Below, piece by piece: positions 1-6,849 of a DNA stretch of 24,000 nt; position 1 is the stretch's first letter; every line of letters starts with the position of its first letter. The DNA comes from Chloroflexota bacterium (GTDB lineage: Bacteria > Chloroflexota > Dehalococcoidia > Lucifugimonadales > JAPUKM01). A model generated the notes under the pieces. It was given only the letters and a program-made list of their open reading frames with translations, was not told the origin of the DNA and searched no databases. The stretch spans positions 1 to 24,000 of the forward strand of contig JAPUKM010000072.1 in NCBI GenBank assembly GCA_027295645.1. The letters are read 5' to 3'. A program made the position numbers and the translations under genes.

Positions 1-867
1 GATGAGGCCCGGGTCGATGGTCACCACGCGACCCTCCTTGACGGCGGATACGTCCTGTAGGGCCGGATGGCTCAGGATTGCCGGTGGCCTGTCCGGGAAC
101 GTAGTGATGATCACCTGCGGGTCTCTCTCCACGATGGTCTCGATGCTTAGCTGGCCATACCCCGAAACGTCATGCGCGATATTCTGAGCCTTTAGCAGCG
201 AGTAGACCTGCCCGACGATCGTATCGGGGCCGGGCGTGAAGAAATCGGAAGAGTCGTGGAACACCCGTGGCCCCTCCTCCAACGATGCCAGACGGCCCAG
301 CAGCTCCTGCACCCTCATCTCGAACCTCTCCGCCACCACCTCTGCCTCTTCTATGCTGCCCGTTATCCGTCCCCAGGTGCGTATCCGTTCGGGGATCCCC
401 TCCACGCTGGCTGGCTCGTCCATATACAGCACCTTCAGCCCTAGCCGCTCCAGCTCGGGAACGGCGCTGCTGAACCAGATGCTCACCAGGTCCGGCTGCG
501 CCTCCACAATCCTTTCGGTATTTGGCTGGAAGTAGTCGCCCAGCTTCGGTACGCTCTCCACCTCCGGAGGGTAGGTGACGAAGTCGTGGGTCCCCACAAT
601 ACGTTCCTCCTCACCTATTGCGTACAGGATCTCCACCGTTATCGCATCGTACGCCACAATGCGCGTGGGAGGCTCGTCGAACGTCACCACCGCTCCGTTC
701 GTGTCAACCACCGTCAGCGGGAAGAGGGCAGGGGTGGGCGTCGGCGCGGGGGTTGATGTGGACGACTCTCCACAGGCGATGCCCGCAATCAGCAGGAAAC
801 AGAGCGCGAGGAGTATCGGCCACCTGTGCGCGATTGTCAGTCTTGTGCGTAGTCCTAGCCGTGTCAT
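1..867 (-). CDS. ABC transporter periplasmic substrate-binding lipoprotein, BtuF/Fe-siderophore (PBP type 8) like. 5' part only; the gene runs off the left edge.
   Basis: Not in the ORF track because no stop lies inside the window. I translated the minus frame by hand. ATG is the complement of 865-867, with GGGAGG about 8 nt upstream. N-terminus is MTRLGLRTRLTIAHRWPILLALCFLLIAGIAC (signal peptide plus lipobox-like Cys). The hand-translated stretches (about 853-867 and 1-240) contain no stop, and the last residues read ...VKEGRVVTIDPGLI; the rest of the frame was read only by eye. It lies directly downstream of a cobalamin riboswitch. Confidence 0.75.
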   Translation of the reverse strand, partial: MTRLGLRTRLTIAHRWPILLALCFLLIAGIACGESSTSTPAPTPTPALFPLTVVDTNGAVVTFDEPPTRIVAYDAITVEILYAIGEEERIVGTHDFVTYPPEVESVPKLGDYFQPNTERIVEAQPDLVSIWFSSAVPELERLGLKVLYMDEPASVEGIPERIRTWGRITGSIEEAEVVAERFEMRVQELLGRLASLEEGPRVFHDSSDFFTPGPDTIVGQVYSLLKAQNIAHDVSGYGQLSIETIVERDPQVIITTFPDRPPAILSHPALQDVSAVKEGRVVTIDPGLI

Positions 868-891
868 TTCAAGACCTCCCTTATAGAGACC

Positions 892-924
892 AATAAAAAA
901 AGCCCGACACTCACGGTCAGGCTT
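892..924 (-). terminator. Intrinsic terminator acting as the expression platform of the cobalamin riboswitch
   Basis: Minus strand reads AGCCTGAC-cgtgagt-GTCGGGCT (8-bp stem with one G-U) followed by TTTTTTTATT, about 25 nt before the RBS and ATG of the binding protein. CCTGAC occurs twice here and is complementary to GTCAGG in the B12 box, which would allow alternative pairing. Confidence 0.7.
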
Positions 925-959
925 AAGTCAGGCACGACTCACACCCCGTCCGCGAAGTG

Positions 960-1130
960 TACCGAGTCAAACCCGAGGCAGGTCTCCTGACTTGTGGCTA
1001 TATAACGGACTTCCCGGTCTTCCCAGCTCCGGTGGGGAGCCAGTGATTTCGCTCTACCGAGTCGAGAAAGTCCTTACCAGTTACAGTGGCGGGGCCGTGC
1101 CGGATTCACACCGGCTTCCCTTTTCAGCTT
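960..1130 (-). promoter_or_regulatory. Cobalamin (B12) riboswitch aptamer
   Basis: Minus strand reads AAAAGGGAAGCCGGTGTGAATCCGGCACGGCCCCGCCACTGTAA ... GGGAAGACCGGGAAGTCCG ... GCCACAAGTCAGGAGACCTGCCTCGGG. This matches the conserved core (GGGAA, GGTGnnAATCC, CCCGCCACTGT) and the B12 box AGTCAGGAGACCTGCC (977-992). Confidence 0.85.
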
Positions 1131-1205
1131 GTTAAAGCCACCTCGAGCACTATTCAGTTGTTTCTTGCAGCGCCAAATATACCGATTGCTGTGGCCGCAG
1201 TCAAC

Positions 1206-1244
1206 CCCAAAAAGGGAAGCGGCCCGCGGGGGAGAGCGGGCCGC
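1206..1244 (-). terminator. Probable intrinsic terminator ending the nrdJ-distal transcription unit
   Basis: Perfect 9-bp GC stem (GCGGCCCGC / GCGGGCCGC) with an 8-nt loop, followed on the minus strand by TTCCCTTTTTGGGG. Confidence 0.5.
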
Positions 1245-1422
1245 TAGTGGGCGTCCCGATGGCGACGGGACAACCCAAGGAGGAGGGGGATCGGCGGACG
1301 ATTTGCTCGTCCTCACTGGCCTCGGACGGGGGATCCGAGGTGACCCCCATGGATATTTGGACGCCCCAGCAACAATTGGAATAAAAGATCACGCCGGAGC
1401 CGTCCTGCAAGATGCCTCGACG

Positions 1423-1848
1423 TTACGTCGGGGCATCCGGTGCTAGAGCAAACGTAACGTTTGGACTCTTCCACGCCTCCATTTCCTGTAACGTTCCGTT
1501 GGGGCGCCATCTGTAGATGGCGCGGTCAACGTCGATGAAAAACCTCTGGCCCGTGAGGGAGGTCCCCCCTTCGTCGTGGAACAGGCAGAACTCGAAGTGG
1601 CGCAGGTTGCGAAGAAGCGCCTCCGGAGTGAGAAACCCGCCATTGACGATCACTATGGGAGGACAGTTGAACGGAATGGTCTGGGATCTCAGAAGATACT
1701 CATTGGTGGTGACCACCGCGCGACCCTCCTTGAGGGCCTCCTTGAGTACATCTCTCCCGCACTCCGACAGATGCATGGTGTCCGGGGTCTCTTCCGAGAC
1801 CTGCGGCAGGTCCTGGTCTATCAGCCAACGAATCGGCTCCTGGATCAT
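1423..1848 (-). CDS. Hypothetical protein. The N-terminal part resembles DUF5615 / PIN-like (Mut7-C-like) toxin-type domains.
   Basis: 141-aa ORF with GGGAGG 5 nt upstream of the ATG. The pattern IRWLIDQDLP ... MHLSECG ... VLKEALKEGRAVVTTNEYLL ... PPIVIVNG recalls the DUF5615 layout (LxDENLP, H-x-x-x-x-G, DxxIL..A..E.R.L.T.D.DF, GVI.L). This is similarity from memory only. Confidence 0.55.
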   Translation of the reverse strand: MIQEPIRWLIDQDLPQVSEETPDTMHLSECGRDVLKEALKEGRAVVTTNEYLLRSQTIPFNCPPIVIVNGGFLTPEALLRNLRHFEFCLFHDEGGTSLTGQRFFIDVDRAIYRWRPNGTLQEMEAWKSPNVTFALAPDAPT

Positions 1849-1967
1849 GGCGCCTCCCTTGTTGTAGCCCGGTCCCCTTCGTTTCAGCCGGTCCTATCAG
1901 AGCCGCCCCCTCCGCACCACCGCTCGTTTGTGCTTCTCTGCCTTCCTACCGTTCTCCCCTTATCACC

Positions 1968-2225
1968 CTAGCCCGCCTCCGGGGCATTACCTCTATCGCT
2001 AAGTTGAATCATGCGCCAGTAGGCCTCGTGGGACTGCCTTTGCTTCCCTTGAGCCAGATCAAGCAGTTCGAACCGCTCCTCAATAGGAAGATCGGAAGAC
2101 AGGTGCTGTGGCTGCTCTCCTGCCGGCCCCTCATACCGTTTTCCTGATAAAGCCATATCCTCTAGGGCCTTGGCCTCCTGCGCGCAGTGCAGCCACGTCT
2201 TCTCGAACTCTTCAATCGTGCTCAT
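1968..2225 (-). CDS. Hypothetical small protein (85 aa), predicted helical and acidic
   Basis: Uses the internal ATG (MSTIEEFEKTWLH...) of the 136-aa track ORF. The longer form would overlap the nrdJ 3' end. The ATG lies 13 nt after the nrdJ stop. No family recognised. Confidence 0.4.
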   Translation of the reverse strand: MSTIEEFEKTWLHCAQEAKALEDMALSGKRYEGPAGEQPQHLSSDLPIEERFELLDLAQGKQRQSHEAYWRMIQLSDRGNAPEAG

Positions 2226-2238
2226 ATCGTAGCTATTC

Positions 2239-4449
2239 CTACCCTCCGCACTGGTTCCAGGCACACGCCTGGCACACCTGGCACCCTTCCTGAAAGACGG
2301 TCTCCGTCCCGCACTCAGGGCACGCCGGCCTACTGGCGCCTCCGTTCCCGTTTCCGACGGAGCGCATGGCCAGTCCAAGCTGCTCCCCGTAGCTCTCCTT
2401 GAGGTCCATCTCCGTGGCCGCCTCTCCCATGACGTTCCGCTTCAGCGCCAGGGCCATCGCGTCCGGTGCCGAGCGCACCTGCACCCCCTGGTCCCATACC
2501 GGGTGGCAGGTGATCCCCTGGAGCTGTTCTACAATCTGGTCCGTCCGTATGCCTGAGCGCAGCGCCAGAGAGACCAGGCGGCTGATGGCCTCCAGGCTGG
2601 CGGAATCGCAGCTGCCGGCCTTACCCAGAGTGGTGAACACCTCAAACGGGCGGTTCTCTTCGTCGAAGTTGACCGTGACGTACGTATTGCCGTGGCCCGT
2701 GCGGATCCGCTCGGTAATCCCGCGCATCTGCAGCGGGCGGCCTCGCGGCACCGGCAGCACGCCCTCCGCTGTTTTCGGAGCCTCCTCTCGGCTCTGCCCC
2801 ACCTCCAGCACCTGGGCCGACTTGGAGCCGTCCCGATAGATAGTGATGCCCTTGCACTTGCCCCTGTACGACATCCAGTAGGCGTTCTCCACCTCCGTGG
2901 CGGTGGCGGAGTTGGCCATATTGATAGTCTTGCTCACCGCAAGGTCGGTATGCTTCTGGAACACCGCCTGCATCTTGACGTGTGCGTCCGCCTTGATCTC
3001 ATTGGCCACCTTGAACAGCGCCTTCACATCCTCCGGGACCTGCTCCAGGTGCTGGCAGGAGCCCGTCTTCGCCACCTCGTCCATCATCTCCTCGGAGTAG
3101 AAGCCCCGCTCGCGGGCGATGCGCTCGAAGTCCCTGTTCACCTCGCGGAGTTGCTTGCCGTCCAGCACGTTCTTGACGAAGGCCAGCGCGAAGATCGGCT
3201 CGATGCCGCTGGATGCGGCCGCAATGGCGCTGATGGTGCCGGTGGGCGCAATGCAGGTCCGCGTGGCGTTCCTGATGGGCAGATCCTCGCGGCAGGCGGG
3301 GTAGGGGCCCCGCTCCTTGGCAAGCTCCAGCGACACCTCTCGCGCCACACGGTTGATGGTGCCCATCACGCGGTCGGCAAGCTCCAGCGCCTCCACCGAC
3401 TCGTACGGAATGCCAAGCTGGATGATGGCATCGTGCCAGCCCATCACTCCCAGGCCGGTCTTGCGGGTGGCCGCCACCGCCTCCTGCACCTCTATGGCGG
3501 GAAACTTGTTCACCGTCACCACATCGTCCAGGAACCGTGCCCCCTTGCGCGTCATCTCCTCCAGGCCGGCGAAGTCGAAATGGCCGTCGACGACGAACTT
3601 GCCCAGGTCAATGGACGCCAGGTTGCACGCCTCGTGGGCCAGCAGGGGCACCTCACCGCACGGGTTGGTGCTGTCCAGGTTGCCCAGATGGGGCGTTGGG
3701 TTGGTGCGGTTGGACTCGTCGATGAAGTAGAGGCCGGGGTCTCCCGTCTTCCACGCCGACTGCACGATCTCGTCCCAGATCCGGCGAGCGGGCAGCGTCT
3801 CCACCACATCGCCGCTGCTGGGCTCGATGAGCTGCCATTCCCTGTCGTTCTCCACCGCCTCCATGAAGGCGTCGGTGACCGCGATGGAGATATTGAAGTT
3901 CTGGGCCGTGACGTCATCGTCCTTCATATGGATGAAGTCCAGAATCTCCGGGTGGGAGACGTGCAGTATCCCCATGTTGGCGCCGTGGCGCTTGCCCCCC
4001 TGGGTGATCATGTCGGAGAGGGAGCTCATCATCTTGAGCACGGCAACGGCCCCGCAGGCCCTGCCTTGCGTGCTAGAGATGGCGCTTCCGACCGGGCGCA
4101 GCTTGCTGAAGGCGTAGCCGATACCTCCACCGTACTTCTGTATCATCGCAGACGTGGTGGCCGCCTGCATGATGCTCTCCATGGTGTCCTCCACCGGGAT
4201 CACAAAGCAGGCGGACAGAGTACCCTTGCCGGTACCCGCGTTGAACAGGGTAGGGGAGTTGGGCATGAACTTGGTGGAGGCCATCATCTCGTAGAAGGTC
4301 TCCTCCCAGGCCGCCCGCTCCTCGGGGGGCTCCGCCTCCGCCACCGCGCGGGCCACCCGGCGGAACAGCCTCTCCGGCGTCTCATCTCCCAGCAGGTAGC
4401 GTGCCTGTAGGACGGTGAGCGCATTTTCGGTCAGGTTTAGTGTGGTCAT
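2239..4449 (-). CDS. nrdJ: Adenosylcobalamin-dependent (class II) ribonucleotide reductase
   Basis: 736 aa. N-terminus reads LTENALTVLQARYL...ETPERLFRRVA. Central motifs include FMPNSPTLFNAG and the NPCGE active-site loop. The C-terminal Cys-rich tail is CPECG...CQVCQAC, typical of class II RNRs. Confidence 0.95.
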   Translation of the reverse strand: MTTLNLTENALTVLQARYLLGDETPERLFRRVARAVAEAEPPEERAAWEETFYEMMASTKFMPNSPTLFNAGTGKGTLSACFVIPVEDTMESIMQAATTSAMIQKYGGGIGYAFSKLRPVGSAISSTQGRACGAVAVLKMMSSLSDMITQGGKRHGANMGILHVSHPEILDFIHMKDDDVTAQNFNISIAVTDAFMEAVENDREWQLIEPSSGDVVETLPARRIWDEIVQSAWKTGDPGLYFIDESNRTNPTPHLGNLDSTNPCGEVPLLAHEACNLASIDLGKFVVDGHFDFAGLEEMTRKGARFLDDVVTVNKFPAIEVQEAVAATRKTGLGVMGWHDAIIQLGIPYESVEALELADRVMGTINRVAREVSLELAKERGPYPACREDLPIRNATRTCIAPTGTISAIAAASSGIEPIFALAFVKNVLDGKQLREVNRDFERIARERGFYSEEMMDEVAKTGSCQHLEQVPEDVKALFKVANEIKADAHVKMQAVFQKHTDLAVSKTINMANSATATEVENAYWMSYRGKCKGITIYRDGSKSAQVLEVGQSREEAPKTAEGVLPVPRGRPLQMRGITERIRTGHGNTYVTVNFDEENRPFEVFTTLGKAGSCDSASLEAISRLVSLALRSGIRTDQIVEQLQGITCHPVWDQGVQVRSAPDAMALALKRNVMGEAATEMDLKESYGEQLGLAMRSVGNGNGGASRPACPECGTETVFQEGCQVCQACAWNQCGG

Positions 4450-4582
4450 AGTAGGTCCTTAGTTTGGTCTCTCACGGGGCCTAGTCTTATCAGGACTTGG
4501 CTCTCATCTTCTAGGTGTTCTCTTACCGATGCCGGCGATTTTCAGCGCTGCCTTTCTCTTTCAAAAACATCAGCCGGAAGGC

Positions 4583-4777
4583 TTATAGTGACAGATTTCC
4601 CGTGGCCTTCTCCTCCACCTGCCACCGTCGCTGCCAGTAGACCCGCCACGCCTCCGCTGCGGCCTCGCGCGCCTTCGCCACCGCCGGACGGCTCACGGCT
4701 GCCCTGCCGGCAAGCCGGTTGGCCTGCTCCTCTCTCTGACGCCACGCCGCGTAGGCCTCCTGGACCGCGTCTATCAT
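4583..4777 (-). CDS. Hypothetical small protein (64 aa), Ala/Arg/Trp-rich and helical, between nrdR and nrdJ
   Basis: The ATG lies 10 nt after the nrdR stop and GAGG sits 6 nt upstream (TAAGAGGTAAGAGATG). Third codon positions are GC-rich, like neighbouring genes. No recognisable family. Confidence 0.4.
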   Translation of the reverse strand: MIDAVQEAYAAWRQREEQANRLAGRAAVSRPAVAKAREAAAEAWRVYWQRRWQVEEKATGNLSL

Positions 4778-4787
4778 CTCTTACCTC

Positions 4788-5360
4788 TTACCTGCCCTCG
4801 TTCTGCTGTTTCCTTGGCCTTCCCCGTCTCCGCCGTGTCTGCGGCTGCGGTATGCCGGAATCTATGGCGAACAGCGTCGGCTGGTTCTCCGGCGGCTGCC
4901 GCGCCGCCGCCTCACGTGCCGCCAGCAGCGAGTCCACCTCCTCGCGGAAGGTCTCGATGTCGGCGAAGTCCCGATACACGCTGGCGAACCGTATATATGC
5001 CACCCGGTCCAGCGTCTTCAGGTGCTGGACCACCATCTCTCCAATAGTTGCGGAGAGTATCTCCGCCTTGCCTAGGCCCTGTAGCGTGCTCTCTATCTCC
5101 GCCACCACCTTGTCGATGGCTCCCGTGGCCAGTGGGCGCTTGGCGCAAGCCAGTCGGATGCTGTGCAACAGCTTGCTCGGATTGAACTCTTCTCTCCGTC
5201 CGTCCCGCTTCGCCACCAGCAGGGCAGTAGTCTGCACCCGCTCGTACGTGGTGAAGCGCAGGCCACACTGCAAGCACTCCCGCCGACGCCGGATGCCGTC
5301 GGCCGCCTCCCGGGAGTCGATGACCCGAGAATCGTTGTGGCCGCAATATGGGCAGTGCAT
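4788..5360 (-). CDS. nrdR: Transcriptional repressor NrdR (zinc ribbon plus ATP-cone) with an atypical basic C-terminal extension of about 45 aa
   Basis: MHCPYCGHNDSRVIDSR...CLQCGLRFTTYERV is the zinc ribbon. The ATP-cone follows (REEFNPSKLLHSI...VAYIRFASVYRDF). The protein is 190 aa rather than the usual roughly 150-160, and the tail ends ...PQPQTRRRRGRPRKQQNEGR. Confidence 0.95.
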   Translation of the reverse strand: MHCPYCGHNDSRVIDSREAADGIRRRRECLQCGLRFTTYERVQTTALLVAKRDGRREEFNPSKLLHSIRLACAKRPLATGAIDKVVAEIESTLQGLGKAEILSATIGEMVVQHLKTLDRVAYIRFASVYRDFADIETFREEVDSLLAAREAAARQPPENQPTLFAIDSGIPQPQTRRRRGRPRKQQNEGR

Positions 5361-5369
5361 TCAAAATAA

Positions 5370-5416
5370 CCACTATGTGTTGTATCTTAAGACTGGCCTA
5401 ACACCATATCTTGGTG
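5370..5416 (-). promoter_or_regulatory. Two candidate NrdR boxes in tandem upstream of nrdR
   Basis: CCACTATGTGTTGTAT (5370-5385) matches 12/16 positions of the remembered consensus acaCwAtATaTwGtgt. ACACCATATCTTGGTG (5401-5416) matches 11/16 and contains the palindrome CACCA-N5-TGGTG. Centres are 31 bp apart. Both lie in a locally AT-rich patch between the predicted -10 and the nrdR ATG. Confidence 0.5.
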
Positions 5417-5428
5417 GAGAGTAGGGTG

Positions 5429-5457
5429 ATTCTCCCATCTCCCACACACTTTGTCAA
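5429..5457 (-). promoter_or_regulatory. Candidate sigma70-type promoter of nrdR
   Basis: Minus strand has TTGACA (5457-5452), a 17-nt spacer, then GAGAAT (5434-5429). Confidence 0.45.
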
Positions 5458-5550
5458 GGGGTCGGCGGCATCATGTTCTGGTTGTATGGGGTGGGCCCGC
5501 ACGATGTTGAGGTGGATGCTCTACGAGCGGTGTGATGGAGGGGTGGTGGG

Positions 5551-5586
5551 ACAAAAAGGTGCCCGGGGGCGAAAAGCCCCCGGGCT
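5551..5586 (-). terminator. Intrinsic terminator downstream of ftsZ
   Basis: Perfect 10-bp stem GCCCGGGGGC / GCCCCCGGGC with a 5-nt loop, followed on the minus strand by ACCTTTTTGT. A second 7-bp hairpin (5597-5621) lies between the ftsZ stop and this terminator. Confidence 0.7.
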
Positions 5587-5716
5587 ATCGAAAGGCTGCC
5601 CCGGGGAGGGAGGTCGGGGCAACCTGTAGCGTTCTCCGGCTACTCTATGTGTGCTGAGGATGAGAGGTATATATGAGGATGTTGTGCGAAGGTGAGTGCC
5701 GGAGAAAGTTAATAGC

Positions 5717-6835
5717 TTAGAAACCGTTGACCGAGGCCCGCCTCCTCAACGTGGGATGTCGCCGGAGAAAGGGCGGTATGTCAAGGTCATCCTCGTTCTC
5801 CAACGTCTCCAGGTCCAGCTGCGAATAGATCAGCTCATGCTCTGGAATCATGTTCTCGGCGGCGGGAAAGCCTGTGGCGATGATGGTGACCTGCACCTCG
5901 TCGTCCAGCTTCGGGTCCTTGACTATGCCGAAGATAATGTTGGCATTGGGGTCAACCGCCTGTTCAATGACAGCGGCTGCTGCGTGGACCTCGTGCAGGG
6001 TCAGGTCCGCGCCGCCGGTTATGTTGTACAGCACTCCCTTGGCGCCGTCGATGGAGACGTCAAGAATCGGACTGTCGATGGCCGCCTTGGCCGCCTCGAC
6101 CGCTCGGTTCTCCCCGTGAGCGGAGCCGATCGCCATCCATGCCGGCCCGGCGCCACTCATGATCGCCTTTACATCGGCAAAGTCCAGGTTGATCTCTCCG
6201 GAGATCGTGACCAGCTCGGCGATGGCCTGCACCCCTTGGCGCAGCACATCGTCTGCCAGCTTGAACGCATCCTCGGCGGTCACGTCCTCCTCGCACAGGG
6301 CCATCAGCCGCTCGTTGGGGATGACGATCAGAGAGTCCACATGCTCTCGAAGCTTTTGGATTCCGTCTTCCGCCTGCTTTCGCCGCTTGTGCCCCTCAAA
6401 GAGAAAGGGCTTCGTTACAACACCAATGGTCAGAGCGCCGGTCTCTTTGGCGATCTCCGCCACCACCGGGCACGCTCCAGTGCCGGTGCCGCCACCCATG
6501 CCGGCGGCGATGAACACCATGTCCGAGCTTCGGAGAGCCTCGTACAGGTCTTCACGGTTCTCCTCCGCAGCGTCCTTACCCAGCTCCGGATCGCCGCCCA
6601 CGCCCAGGCCGCGAGTCAGCTTGTCGCCGATGCGGATCTTCAGCGGAATATCCGAACGCACCAGGTGCTGCGCATCGGTGTTCACCGCAACGTACTCAAT
6701 ACCCGGGTGCCGCTCGTGATACATCCGCGCTACGGCGTTGCAGCCTCCACCGCCCACGCCGATGACCTTGACCGTGGCGACACCGTTGAGGTCAGGCCCC
6801 TGCTCCACATCGGGAGTATGCTCTTCCATAAACAT
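5717..6835 (-). CDS. ftsZ: Cell division GTPase FtsZ
   Basis: VKVIGVGGGGCNAV and GMGGGTGTGA tubulin signature motifs, plus the C-terminal DIPPFLRR peptide. The start is set at MFMEEH, where GGAGGG lies 5 nt upstream. The track's longer ORF overlaps the ftsA 3' end. Confidence 0.95.
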   Translation of the reverse strand: MFMEEHTPDVEQGPDLNGVATVKVIGVGGGGCNAVARMYHERHPGIEYVAVNTDAQHLVRSDIPLKIRIGDKLTRGLGVGGDPELGKDAAEENREDLYEALRSSDMVFIAAGMGGGTGTGACPVVAEIAKETGALTIGVVTKPFLFEGHKRRKQAEDGIQKLREHVDSLIVIPNERLMALCEEDVTAEDAFKLADDVLRQGVQAIAELVTISGEINLDFADVKAIMSGAGPAWMAIGSAHGENRAVEAAKAAIDSPILDVSIDGAKGVLYNITGGADLTLHEVHAAAAVIEQAVDPNANIIFGIVKDPKLDDEVQVTIIATGFPAAENMIPEHELIYSQLDLETLENEDDLDIPPFLRRHPTLRRRASVNGF

Positions 6836-6849
6836 CGAACCCTCCTTCT

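Noticed and set aside
1349-1384. 11-codon plus-strand micro-ORF (MDIWTPQQQLE) with GAGGTG upstream
   Set aside because: It lies antisense within the 3' tail of the minus-strand unit. It is too short to evaluate and has no supporting promoter.
2226-2378. Longer 136-aa form of the small ORF downstream of nrdJ
   Set aside because: It would overlap the last 140 nt of nrdJ in another frame. The internal ATG just after the nrdJ stop is more parsimonious.
2692-4410. 572-aa plus-strand ORF opposite nrdJ. Smaller plus or minus ORFs between 2399 and 4117 are similar.
   Set aside because: It is antisense to a gene with unmistakable RNR motifs. The translation is low-complexity and rich in Arg, Leu, Gly, His and Ala, with no motifs. 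This is a typical shadow ORF in GC-rich DNA.
4450-4582. Looked for NrdR boxes, a riboswitch or a strong promoter in the 133-nt nrdJ leader
   Set aside because: It contains only a half-site-like TATAGTG and a weak imperfect inverted repeat (CCTAGTC/GACTTGG). Nothing reaches a convincing match.
4588-5424. 278-aa plus-strand ORF across nrdR and the small ORF
   Set aside because: Antisense to nrdR. The sequence is Pro/Ser/Arg-rich and low-complexity.
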